Origin: a virus
Taxonomy: Duplodnaviria > Caudoviricetes
DNA: 39,780 nt
IMG/VR virus record: IMGVR_UViG_3300032239_000271
Location: 1-39,780 of that record
Direction: 5' to 3' (one strand)
Below, piece by piece: positions 24,923 to 33,364 of this stretch. Under the pieces are notes generated by a model. That model saw only the letters and a program-made list of their open reading frames with translations. It ran no database searches and was not told the origin of the DNA. The translations under genes and the position numbers were made by a program. How positions within the stretch are numbered: the first letter of the stretch is position 1; every line of letters begins with the position of its first letter.

Positions 24923-27528
24923 TAGAATCGCCCATCTTGTTGATACCTGTAACGAATTGCACCCAATCGCCAAAATGTTCCTGTATCGGTAGATGAAACA
25001 GAAATAGACATAAGACGCGCCCGAATACGAACAGAAATATATTCTGTTGCCTGTGTCATAGTATAAGGCCCGTATTGAGTTGGCGTATCACCGGGGTAAT
25101 TAGTCACATAAAATGTAATTTGAACCGTAGCATTTTGGCTTCCAGAATAAGTTCCCCATTTCATATCAGGCCAAATTTGATCAATAAAAATCAAATTATC
25201 TGCCTCATTTAATTGGAAGTAACCTGTCTGAAACGAAGACAACATAGGTTGACCATTGTTGCCATTATAAGCAGCATCATTACCCATTTCATGTTGATAT
25301 AGATAATTATCAGAGCCAGCACCAATGGGAGAGCCAAGAACAGACTGATCAATCCAAGCAGTGCGGCCAAGAGAACCATAGTCCCATTGTTGAAGGACAG
25401 TGTTGTATTTGACATAAGAGTCATTTTCAGTGGATGAGGCTGATGGATAATACCATGTAATCTCATTAAATTGACTGTTTACACCACAAGCAACTTTATT
25501 GAGATATGACGTATTGATGTTTTGAAAAATCACATCCCAAATCGGGCATGGAATAGATTGAGGGCCAGAACCCATAGACATAAAGAATTGTTTCTGGCTC
25601 ATCCAATATATTGCACCATTAAACTGGCCAATACAATGTCTAGACACTGCTCCACAATTTGATCCAATTTTATTGAACCCATATACCAATGGTGCGCCAA
25701 TATATTGCATGGCCCAAAGGTCTAAGTCAGTCCAAATAAGACCCTGTTGTGGACCTTGAATACCTGCAACAATTTTAGACCCAGTTGGTATGCGATATGA
25801 ACCAGCCTGATTGGTTACAGTTGCATTCCATACAGTGAAATCTTCAACATCTGACCACCTGACAAGCATAGGATCAGGGGCAAGGGTAAAAGATGACCCA
25901 TATGCAATAACTTGCCGTTCTGGCATCGCAACAAATATACCGCTGTTAACGACGGGTGCATTGCCGCCAACATATTGGGCTTGCTGTAATTGACCGCTAG
26001 GATTCCAATAATAAATTGGACCACCTGCTGGGCAAGCAACTAAATCTTGTCCAAAATTATCTAATGTCCAATCTGTCGCCGTAATTTCAGTTCCAGAACT
26101 CTGAGATTGGCTTGTTCCGACACCATAGCCACCTACGCCAAAGCCCCCAACACCAAATCCAGAACTTACTTGTTGAGGGCCATTGGTAATATACCAATTT
26201 GTATCAATTTTTCCGTCATTAATTGGAGTTGGCCCAACCGTAATTGAACCTGATGTTGTTGCAGCAAATGTAAATTGTCCTGCTGTTAATGATGGATTAG
26301 TTGTAGGAGTATTAATAATTACATAATCGCCAGAAAGCGTAGTATTGCTTGTTGGAACATATGTCGCTGTTCCGCTACCAGTTCCAACACCAGTTGCGGT
26401 AAAAACCACACCAACTGTATTGGATGCAGCGCCAATTAATGTGAAGTTAGTTGAACCAACATAAGTTATTATATAACGAGTTCCGATAACAAATGATCCA
26501 CCTGTGACATTGTTAACTGGAACATATAAAGCCTTACCAGTTCCAGAACCTGCTCCAGTTGCAATGAATGCAGTGCCAATATTGTTATTAGCCGCACCAA
26601 TAGATGTCCAAGTTGTTGTTCCAACCGTTAAAATTACATAAATTCTACCTGTGGTAAAATATCCGGCATCAAGAGAGCCAATAGTTGTTGGAGTGCTGAC
26701 ATAAACCGTATCATTGGGCGCAAAAGTATTATTAGGCAAAAAGCCAGTAATAATTCCAGAATTAGCCGTTGACGAAAATGTATATGACACACCACCACTT
26801 GAAGTCATGGCGGTAGACGATACGGTTTTATCCATATTTACCGTATATGTACCTGCGCCACCAGAGCCGCCAACAAAAGCAATAATTTGAGTCCCCGGAA
26901 CAACACCAGTTCCAGTAACCGTTTGGTAAAGTGCAATTGTTCCCGTTACCGATGATGCTGTTAACGTGGTTCCTGAAATAGAACCCGTAAAAGTTGCTTG
27001 CCCAACTGTTGTAGTTGCGTTCCCACCGGGTACAATCCCGTATTGGCTTCCTGATGCAGTATATAATGCATATGGTCCATTTAATATGAACCCTCCAACG
27101 GAAACTGGCGTTGTAAAGTTAACATAATCTAAAGTCGTGGCAGAGATATTTGAATCGTAAAATGTTACGATATTTGAGTTAGTTGTAGAGGACGTAACAA
27201 AATTTGGAGTCGTATCCGTATTTGTTAATTGGGGTGTAATGTTTTGAGGAGGCGAACTTCCATTTATTGACACGGATAATGATGATTCAGCGCCAATTGC
27301 CAACAAATTGTTGGAATTTAAATCAGACCATCCTTTTAATGCCCGAATTTTTGATGAAATTGCAGCACTAATATAAGTTTGCCAGCCGCCCAATTTTTGA
27401 GCAAGACCAAGCAAATTACGTTCTGGCAAAAACCGGATAAGTTGGGATTTTGAATATGCAACTTCATTAAGCGCCAATGTCGTTGTAGTTTCAACGCCGG
27501 GTTTTAACTTTATCGTATTATGGGGCAT
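24922..27528 (-). CDS. Tail nozzle / tubular protein B (P22 gp10-like) with inserted beta domains
   Basis: W.LDNFG.DL, VRWSD.ED, WTD..L..MQY, YWM, EITW.YP, RTAW.D. Confidence 0.75.
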   Translation of the reverse strand: MPHNTIKLKPGVETTTTLALNEVAYSKSQLIRFLPERNLLGLAQKLGGWQTYISAAISSKIRALKGWSDLNSNNLLAIGAESSLSVSINGSSPPQNITPQLTNTDTTPNFVTSSTTNSNIVTFYDSNISATTLDYVNFTTPVSVGGFILNGPYALYTASGSQYGIVPGGNATTTVGQATFTGSISGTTLTASSVTGTIALYQTVTGTGVVPGTQIIAFVGGSGGAGTYTVNMDKTVSSTAMTSSGGVSYTFSSTANSGIITGFLPNNTFAPNDTVYVSTPTTIGSLDAGYFTTGRIYVILTVGTTTWTSIGAANNNIGTAFIATGAGSGTGKALYVPVNNVTGGSFVIGTRYIITYVGSTNFTLIGAASNTVGVVFTATGVGTGSGTATYVPTSNTTLSGDYVIINTPTTNPSLTAGQFTFAATTSGSITVGPTPINDGKIDTNWYITNGPQQVSSGFGVGGFGVGGYGVGTSQSQSSGTEITATDWTLDNFGQDLVACPAGGPIYYWNPSGQLQQAQYVGGNAPVVNSGIFVAMPERQVIAYGSSFTLAPDPMLVRWSDVEDFTVWNATVTNQAGSYRIPTGSKIVAGIQGPQQGLIWTDLDLWAMQYIGAPLVYGFNKIGSNCGAVSRHCIGQFNGAIYWMSQKQFFMSMGSGPQSIPCPIWDVIFQNINTSYLNKVACGVNSQFNEITWYYPSASSTENDSYVKYNTVLQQWDYGSLGRTAWIDQSVLGSPIGAGSDNYLYQHEMGNDAAYNGNNGQPMLSSFQTGYFQLNEADNLIFIDQIWPDMKWGTYSGSQNATVQITFYVTNYPGDTPTQYGPYTMTQATEYISVRIRARLMSISVSSTDTGTFWRLGAIRYRYQQDGRF

Positions 27529-27531
27529 AGG

Positions 27532-28242
27532 TTACCCCCTTGACGGTGTAGCGGCAGGAGCAGGTGAGTAAGAAGTCCAAGCAGAAGCCTCGTATTTCTT
27601 ACGGTTTTCTTCAATAAGAGCCGACCGTAAAAGAGCCTGATATTGGCTTTCATAGGTCTGAGCCATTGCAGGATCATCGTTAATTTTACCAAAATTGCGC
27701 TGATACGCACTGATGTAAATCATGCTTGCCATGATCATCATGTCAGGCAAATTGCTTGAAATATACGTGTTTTGGTTGGTTGCCGATAACGGAGCCGACC
27801 GAACCGTACCCGTTAACCGAACATTGTATGCCGAATCAGGTGTAGGGCCGACCAACATCAATTGGGATGTATAACCAGTGGTGGCCGCATCACCGCCGTA
27901 TTCAGCATAATACAATGGTAAGCCTGAAGTTCCACCGCTGCCATAGACATTTTGAATATATTCCTTAGTCACCGGAAGAAGCGGAGACGATACGCCAGAC
28001 CCATTGATCACCTCAAAAGTTTCAGAAGTGACAAACTGAGATTGCGGAATAGTCAGAATGTTATTGCCGGACGTAAAAGAATAAGCCGTTGTGCTGACTT
28101 GAGTAGATAAGAAATCCAAATCGCGCTGCATACGCAATTCAGCATATGAGATCATTTGAGGCAAAATAATCTGATAATTAGAGTCAGTGGTCGGAACTAC
28201 CGCCATAGTCGCAATCTGCTGGACGTATGTGTTGTAGTCCAT
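27532..28242 (-). CDS. Head-tail adaptor / tail tubular protein A
   Basis: AE.R..RDL, G.P.YYA, GPTPD..Y, YE..Y. Confidence 0.75.
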   Translation of the reverse strand: MDYNTYVQQIATMAVVPTTDSNYQIILPQMISYAELRMQRDLDFLSTQVSTTAYSFTSGNNILTIPQSQFVTSETFEVINGSGVSSPLLPVTKEYIQNVYGSGGTSGLPLYYAEYGGDAATTGYTSQLMLVGPTPDSAYNVRLTGTVRSAPLSATNQNTYISSNLPDMMIMASMIYISAYQRNFGKINDDPAMAQTYESQYQALLRSALIEENRKKYEASAWTSYSPAPAATPSRG

Positions 28243-28249
28243 AAGTCAC

Positions 28250-28762
28250 CTATCCAACCATCTTAAAAGCCATGTCTTCAACTTCGGCAACGCGCCGTGA
28301 CCAGCCCTTTCCGAAAGTAGCATACGTAGGCAAACTTTGCAAAAAGGCTAATCGGGCTTCACATACTTTCGTTGCAATCTCACGAGGGTTTGCCGCTTCA
28401 AGAGCAGCAATTGTGGCTGGTCCAATTTTTCCGTCTGAACTAACACCGATAGCCGACTGAAGGGTTTTCGCCGCCCTACCCGTCCCCGAATTGATGGCAA
28501 GATCAAAGACTGCATAATCCACCCCTATTGGGAGGTCATCGCCTTTTATAGCATCCCAATAGCGTTTCTTATACAACGGCATTACATCGGAAGGGGTTAA
28601 CGCCTTGATGTCATCCTTGGTTACTGGATGGCCAATCCACTCTTCCCAAACTGCCTTAGTGCAACCAAGATTGGTGGCTCCGCCGGGGTCTTTCGGATTA
28701 TCTACGTATCCGCCCTCATTTTTTAAAATAAGGGCAAAGCACTGCTCCCAATTTTCTTTCAC
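28250..28762 (-). CDS. Glycoside hydrolase family 108 endolysin
   Basis: EGGYVD.PKDPGGATN.G; FD.A.NSG; DG.IGP.T; FGKGW.RR. Confidence 0.92.
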   Translation of the reverse strand: MKENWEQCFALILKNEGGYVDNPKDPGGATNLGCTKAVWEEWIGHPVTKDDIKALTPSDVMPLYKKRYWDAIKGDDLPIGVDYAVFDLAINSGTGRAAKTLQSAIGVSSDGKIGPATIAALEAANPREIATKVCEARLAFLQSLPTYATFGKGWSRRVAEVEDMAFKMVG

Positions 28763-29259
28763 TTCGGGGCATCCTCATGTTTGTGCGCTGCACCAAAGTA
28801 ATAGGAAAGAACCAACGTCAAAGCAGCGTCAAGCGTTCCAAGGACACGGGCCACTAATTCACGCATTTCAGAGGGAATGGTGCTGTTTAATAAATGCCAT
28901 TGGATGAATACCCAAGCGCAAATGACCACAACAGCCAAAATGCGGGGCGTCCAATCATGGGTCTGGATAGCCATTTGACGGGCTGAATTACGGTCATCAG
29001 CCGCAATTCTTTCCAAATCAATGTCTAAAGATTTCATTTGAACTTTAAAATCAGAATCAATCTTTTTGAGCGCCGCAAGTTGATCGCCCGTTGGATTGGC
29101 AAGGGCAGTCATAATATCATCTTGCGTACCGTCTTCATGGCCAAACAATGCGCCAGAAATAGCCTTTACTGCCATTCCAGCCACTGGTCCGCCCAAAGCC
29201 GTGGCAATAGTAGGGGCAACTGAACCAATCAATGGTCCAAAAGTTTTAAGAATGTCCAT
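28759..29259 (-). CDS. Putative holin (3TM/GTA-type)
   Basis: APT.ATALGGP.AG, D..SAR, C-terminal TM pair ending YYFG; adjacent to the endolysin. Confidence 0.7.
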   Translation of the reverse strand: MDILKTFGPLIGSVAPTIATALGGPVAGMAVKAISGALFGHEDGTQDDIMTALANPTGDQLAALKKIDSDFKVQMKSLDIDLERIAADDRNSARQMAIQTHDWTPRILAVVVICAWVFIQWHLLNSTIPSEMRELVARVLGTLDAALTLVLSYYFGAAHKHEDAPK

Positions 29260-29260
29260 G

Positions 29261-29566
29261 TTAATCTTTATCCTCTCTATGGCCCTTAGAGGCCAACATA
29301 ATACCAGACAATGTACCAGTTAGGAACGTGGCAATAGGAGCAATCAATTTGAAAAACTCCCGATCATTGGGGGCTTGGGCATCTACAGGTTGAACAACAA
29401 AGATAAGGCTATAAAGGACAGCAAAAACTGTACCTGTAAGTGTGATGCACAGGCTAATTCCGATGATGAATTGGAGCAGGGCATGAAGTCCGTGTTCATC
29501 TATTTTGCGCCGTCTATGATGCCGCACGGGTTCTTGTTTAGAGTCTTTATCAAGTCTTCCGCGCAT
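29261..29566 (-). CDS. Two-TM membrane protein
   Basis: Two hydrophobic helices joined by QP..QAPND; start uncertain. Confidence 0.65.
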   Translation of the reverse strand: MRGRLDKDSKQEPVRHHRRRKIDEHGLHALLQFIIGISLCITLTGTVFAVLYSLIFVVQPVDAQAPNDREFFKLIAPIATFLTGTLSGIMLASKGHREDKD

Positions 29567-29700
29567 ACGCCGCTCGCTTTGCAAAGTGGAGGTTTACACT
29601 CATCCAAATCCCAATTGTTAGGGTCTTGGCATTTATAACGGTATCGGTCAGAGCATCCACTTAATAAAAGAATACTAATAGCAATTATAAACCGCATCAT
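29500..29700 (-). CDS. Cys-rich lipoprotein
   Basis: Lipobox LSGC; DRYRY.CQDP.NW...CKPP.C...G.C. Confidence 0.7.
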   Translation of the reverse strand: MMRFIIAISILLLSGCSDRYRYKCQDPNNWDLDECKPPLCKASGVCAEDLIKTLNKNPCGIIDGAK

Positions 29701-30164
29701 TTACCCGTCAACATAAGGGTAATTCCAATACCCGCCATACCAAGAATAAGGAAAAGGACAATGCTGCTAACCATGATTGCGTCTTTACGAGCCTCCTCAT
29801 GTTCAGCCAATTCCGCAGCAGCCTGACGAGCAGCCTCTTTCCGCATCTCAATCACCTGCCTTTGAATACCTTCCCATGCAGCCCTCCCATATTGGGAAAC
29901 AAACAAGTTTTTGACATTCTGTTGCATTTCAAGGGCTTTTGCCTTGGCGGCATAAATCTTAACCGCTTCGGCTTCAAATTCAGCCTGTGATTGGAACATT
30001 TTTTTCTTGCGAGGGGACGAGGCAATTGTAACAATCTGCCCCACCTTAGCAAAAAGACTGCTGACTTTTTCAGCAGTCTCCATGACATCTTGTCCAGTCT
30101 CAACGGCTGATTTAATAGACGAATATAGACCTGTGGCGGCGGCTATTAGCGTAAACGGGTCCAT
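29697..30164 (-). CDS. Hypothetical protein with C-terminal TM helix
   Basis: MDP.T..AAA N-terminus, coiled coil, TM. Confidence 0.75.
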   Translation of the reverse strand: MDPFTLIAAATGLYSSIKSAVETGQDVMETAEKVSSLFAKVGQIVTIASSPRKKKMFQSQAEFEAEAVKIYAAKAKALEMQQNVKNLFVSQYGRAAWEGIQRQVIEMRKEAARQAAAELAEHEEARKDAIMVSSIVLFLILGMAGIGITLMLTGK

Positions 30165-30176
30165 ACTCAATCCATA

Positions 30177-30359
30177 TTAGTGTTCAGAATCTGGAATAGG
30201 CATTACATTTGCTTGTGCAGCCTGAATTTGTAATTCTGCTTGTGATTTTATTTTTTCCAAAACTGCCAAGCCCATCTCAATTGGTAATTTACCAATACCA
30301 GACAAAACCACATTGGCTTCAGCAAGCGACAATTTTAACGTAATTTCAAAGTTTTCCAT
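30177..30359 (-). CDS. Small helical protein
   Basis: 60-aa ORF with SD in the tail region. Confidence 0.7.
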   Translation of the reverse strand: MENFEITLKLSLAEANVVLSGIGKLPIEMGLAVLEKIKSQAELQIQAAQANVMPIPDSEH

Positions 30360-30370
30360 GTTCTCTTCCC

Positions 30371-30679
30371 TTAGAACGGAGGTTGTTGAGTTTGAATGAC
30401 AGGCTGAGATAACTGCGCTATTTGCGTAGCGATCTGAGCCTCTACACCCGACATACTAATGCAGCCGGATACCCATTGATACGCCATTTTCTGCGTAATG
30501 TCAGCATATGGAATAAATTCTGCGGGGTTAGGAGAGCCTAAATTAGCAGTCCCAGATGCCGATGACGTGAAATTACCGTCCGTCCCTGTGCAAACCCAAT
30601 TAATAGCCGTAACCACATTGGTAAGGCCATCATATTGTGGATTCACTATAAATTGCGGGAATGACCATGTATATTGCAT
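30371..30679 (-). CDS. Tail-fibre-associated protein
   Basis: YTW...V....W...G.DG...FIPY..IT...W; TAATG coupling. Confidence 0.7.
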   Translation of the reverse strand: MQYTWSFPQFIVNPQYDGLTNVVTAINWVCTGTDGNFTSSASGTANLGSPNPAEFIPYADITQKMAYQWVSGCISMSGVEAQIATQIAQLSQPVIQTQQPPF

Positions 30680-31857
30680 TAGGTGTATTCCCAAATGCGA
30701 ATCATGCCTTGAGTTCCTGACCCACCAGAAAAACCAGACCCACCACCACTTCCACCGCCACCATATCCTGTACCATTGCCGCCAGTATTAGTATTGGCAT
30801 TTAATCCACCGCCGCCAAACATACTATTCCCACCAACGCCACCAGTTGAATTATAATTGGCATATCCTCCGTTTGATCCTCCGCCATTTAAATCACCATT
30901 TGTACCTACGCCACCTGCGCCACCAAATGCCGTATTGCCGGAAGCCGCAGAACCACCAGCACCACCACCAGTAGCAGTTATTGTTGTTCCACTTACAGTA
31001 AATGTTGTATTGCCTCCTGCTACTGTTGCAGCCCCTCCGCTACCAATAGCATAAGAATATGACGTTGAAGGAGAAACATTAAAATACTTAGCAACGTATC
31101 CGCCCCCGCCGCCGCCAGCATTATTATTATTATTGCTTCCCGCACCACCGCCCCCACCAATTGCTTCAACATAAATGTGATTGCAAGTAGATGGTGTTGT
31201 GTAAGATGTTCCTGAAGTTAAAATTTGAGGAGCGCGAATTAATGCGCCGCCCGATGCAGACGAAGCAGATGTCCATGTAGTTCCATTAGATGTTAATACA
31301 TTGCCACTTGTACCGGGGGCAACAAATTGAACTGCGCTTGTTCCATTCCCAAGAATAACGTTATTGGCGGTCAATGTTGTTGAACCCGTGCCGCCGTTTG
31401 AAACTGCTAAAACTGTACCACTAAAACCATCATCTGCTTTTTTTACGTTTGTTCCATCGCAATAAAGAAGAACACTATACCCTTGAGGCGCTGAAACAGT
31501 TGTTCCTGCCGCAATATTGCTTCCATTATTAGAACCTATTGTTACGGTATATGCGTTTGTCGTAGCATTAGTAAAAACCCACATACCCGATATGCCTTGC
31601 GGCAAGAGAACCGTCTGGTTGGCCGACAAAGCGCCCGTGAGGTTAAATCTCATGCACTGGGACGTAGAACCTGCCGCTGTAGGGCTAGGTGCGGTAATAG
31701 GGGTGTAAGTAGACGGCCCCGTGTTGACGGAAACGCCCGTTGTGTTGCCAAACATTTGGTCAAGAATGGTGGCATTATAATTGAGCGGCTGATCCCATGT
31801 AGGTGACGTACTGTTATACGCGGGTTCGTTAAGGGCAAGATTGGTTGTCGTAGACAT
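30679..31857 (-). CDS. Gly-rich tail fibre/adhesin-like protein
   Basis: N-terminal W...LN.N..ILD anchor-like region; GGGGG repeats; ends G.IRIWEY. Confidence 0.75.
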   Translation of the reverse strand: MSTTTNLALNEPAYNSTSPTWDQPLNYNATILDQMFGNTTGVSVNTGPSTYTPITAPSPTAAGSTSQCMRFNLTGALSANQTVLLPQGISGMWVFTNATTNAYTVTIGSNNGSNIAAGTTVSAPQGYSVLLYCDGTNVKKADDGFSGTVLAVSNGGTGSTTLTANNVILGNGTSAVQFVAPGTSGNVLTSNGTTWTSASSASGGALIRAPQILTSGTSYTTPSTCNHIYVEAIGGGGGAGSNNNNNAGGGGGGYVAKYFNVSPSTSYSYAIGSGGAATVAGGNTTFTVSGTTITATGGGAGGSAASGNTAFGGAGGVGTNGDLNGGGSNGGYANYNSTGGVGGNSMFGGGGLNANTNTGGNGTGYGGGGSGGGSGFSGGSGTQGMIRIWEYT

Positions 31858-31860
31858 AAC

Positions 31861-32040
31861 TTATCCTCTTTTCCATTCACGGTAAGCCAACATAATTCTA
31901 AACATTAGCAACCCAAGTGAACCTATAGTAACAAAAAATGCAGCCCATGCACCAATAACTTCTGCCCACCAAGGCAAAGTCATTGCCCCTACAACAATTG
32001 CACTGTCAATTATAAGGTTGTTATTGTCAGTGCTAGTCAT
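31861..32040 (-). CDS. Small two-TM protein, holin-like (59 aa)
   Basis: Read manually: MTSTDNNNLIIDSAIVVGAMTLPWWAEVIGAWAAFFVTIGSLGLLMFRIMLAYREWKRG; ATGA coupling. Confidence 0.65.
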   Translation of the reverse strand: MTSTDNNNLIIDSAIVVGAMTLPWWAEVIGAWAAFFVTIGSLGLLMFRIMLAYREWKRG

Positions 32041-32372
32041 GCTATTACCTCAATCCAATTTTTTGTGGCTTCATCCCAATTATAAGATTTTGCATCGGTT
32101 GGCCGTGGAACTGGCGGCTCCCATAACCAAGTTGCTTGGTTTAGCGACCAAGACAAAAATGGTTGCGCCTCATAAAATACATCGTTTTCCGAATCATAAA
32201 CATAACCAATACCCGCATAATTACCACGCAAAGGACGGCCTTCTGGATGCTGATTACCACGAGTATTATAAGATGTTTGGACCCATTGACCCTCCAATGT
32301 GTCAATAAAATCCTGCTCCGCAACAATAACTTGCGTGACAATACCGTTTTCTATTTGGGCAAAATGACTCAT
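32037..32372 (-). CDS. Tail-fibre-associated conserved protein
   Basis: HFA...V..VIV, W.QTSYN, R.NYAGIG..YD, W.PP...P. Confidence 0.8.
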   Translation of the reverse strand: MSHFAQIENGIVTQVIVAEQDFIDTLEGQWVQTSYNTRGNQHPEGRPLRGNYAGIGYVYDSENDVFYEAQPFLSWSLNQATWLWEPPVPRPTDAKSYNWDEATKNWIEVIA

Positions 32373-33364
32373 GCTACATACGTCCCTGAGCCAGTAAATT
32401 TAATAATTGTATTACCGCCGGATGTCGTAACGGTTGGAGAGCCTGTTACTGAACCTGTATAGCGCGATGTTGGAACAGAAATAATTACAACACCAGAACC
32501 ACCCGCACCACCCGCACCAGCGCCAACACCTGTGGTATATCCACCTGCGCCACCACCTCCGCCAAGATTTGTTGTTCCAGCGCCACCTGTTCCAGTACCA
32601 CTTGTTCCAGTTCCGCCACCACCTGAACCACCAGAACCGGGTGTTGATCCATTCCAAATACCACCACCACCGCCGCCAGCATACGTGATTGCAGAGCCAG
32701 TGATAGAATTTGATGTTCCCGCACCGCCTGAACCTGCGACTGATGACGTTCCTGTACCGCCTACAGCACTTGCACCGCCACCGCCACCAGCACCATAGTT
32801 AGCGTTTACGTTGTTCGCGCCACCTGCGTTACCTTGACCTGATGTTCCTGCGCCGCCGGAACTTGCTGTACTACTGGAGCCAGCGCCGCCACCTGATCCG
32901 CCAGAATATCCACTTTGATATGGCGCACCGTTACTACCGCCGCCACCACCACCTATAGCGGTTGTTACACCTGTAAAAGAAGAGTTTCCTCCGTTTCCAC
33001 CGGGATTAACCGTACCTGATGTTGCACCCGCGCCAGCGCCGCCGACTGTTGCGGTATAAGTTGTTCCGGGAGTGAAAGTCAGCGATCCTGTTAAATATCC
33101 ACCTGCGCCGCCGCCGCCGCCAACGCTACCGCCGCCGCCACCACCAGCAACGACAAGGTAAGTAGATGTATAATTGGTGGCAGTTCCGGTCGTGCCGTAA
33201 AAATCCGACATATTGATTGCGCCGGATGAAAATGTACCTTTAGTTCCATTTGATAAATAATACGTCTGCCCACGGTATGAATTGAGATTATACGACGCAA
33301 TGCCGGGAAAGGCAGCGTATATGTCGCTCATAGCAATTGCGCCGGAAGAAGGGCAAAATGGCAT
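32369..33364 (-). CDS. Gly-rich adhesin-like protein
   Basis: SGAI.MSD repeated at the N-terminus; many polyglycine segments. Confidence 0.75.
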   Translation of the reverse strand: MPFCPSSGAIAMSDIYAAFPGIASYNLNSYRGQTYYLSNGTKGTFSSGAINMSDFYGTTGTATNYTSTYLVVAGGGGGGSVGGGGGAGGYLTGSLTFTPGTTYTATVGGAGAGATSGTVNPGGNGGNSSFTGVTTAIGGGGGGSNGAPYQSGYSGGSGGGAGSSSTASSGGAGTSGQGNAGGANNVNANYGAGGGGGASAVGGTGTSSVAGSGGAGTSNSITGSAITYAGGGGGGIWNGSTPGSGGSGGGGTGTSGTGTGGAGTTNLGGGGGAGGYTTGVGAGAGGAGGSGVVIISVPTSRYTGSVTGSPTVTTSGGNTIIKFTGSGTYVA

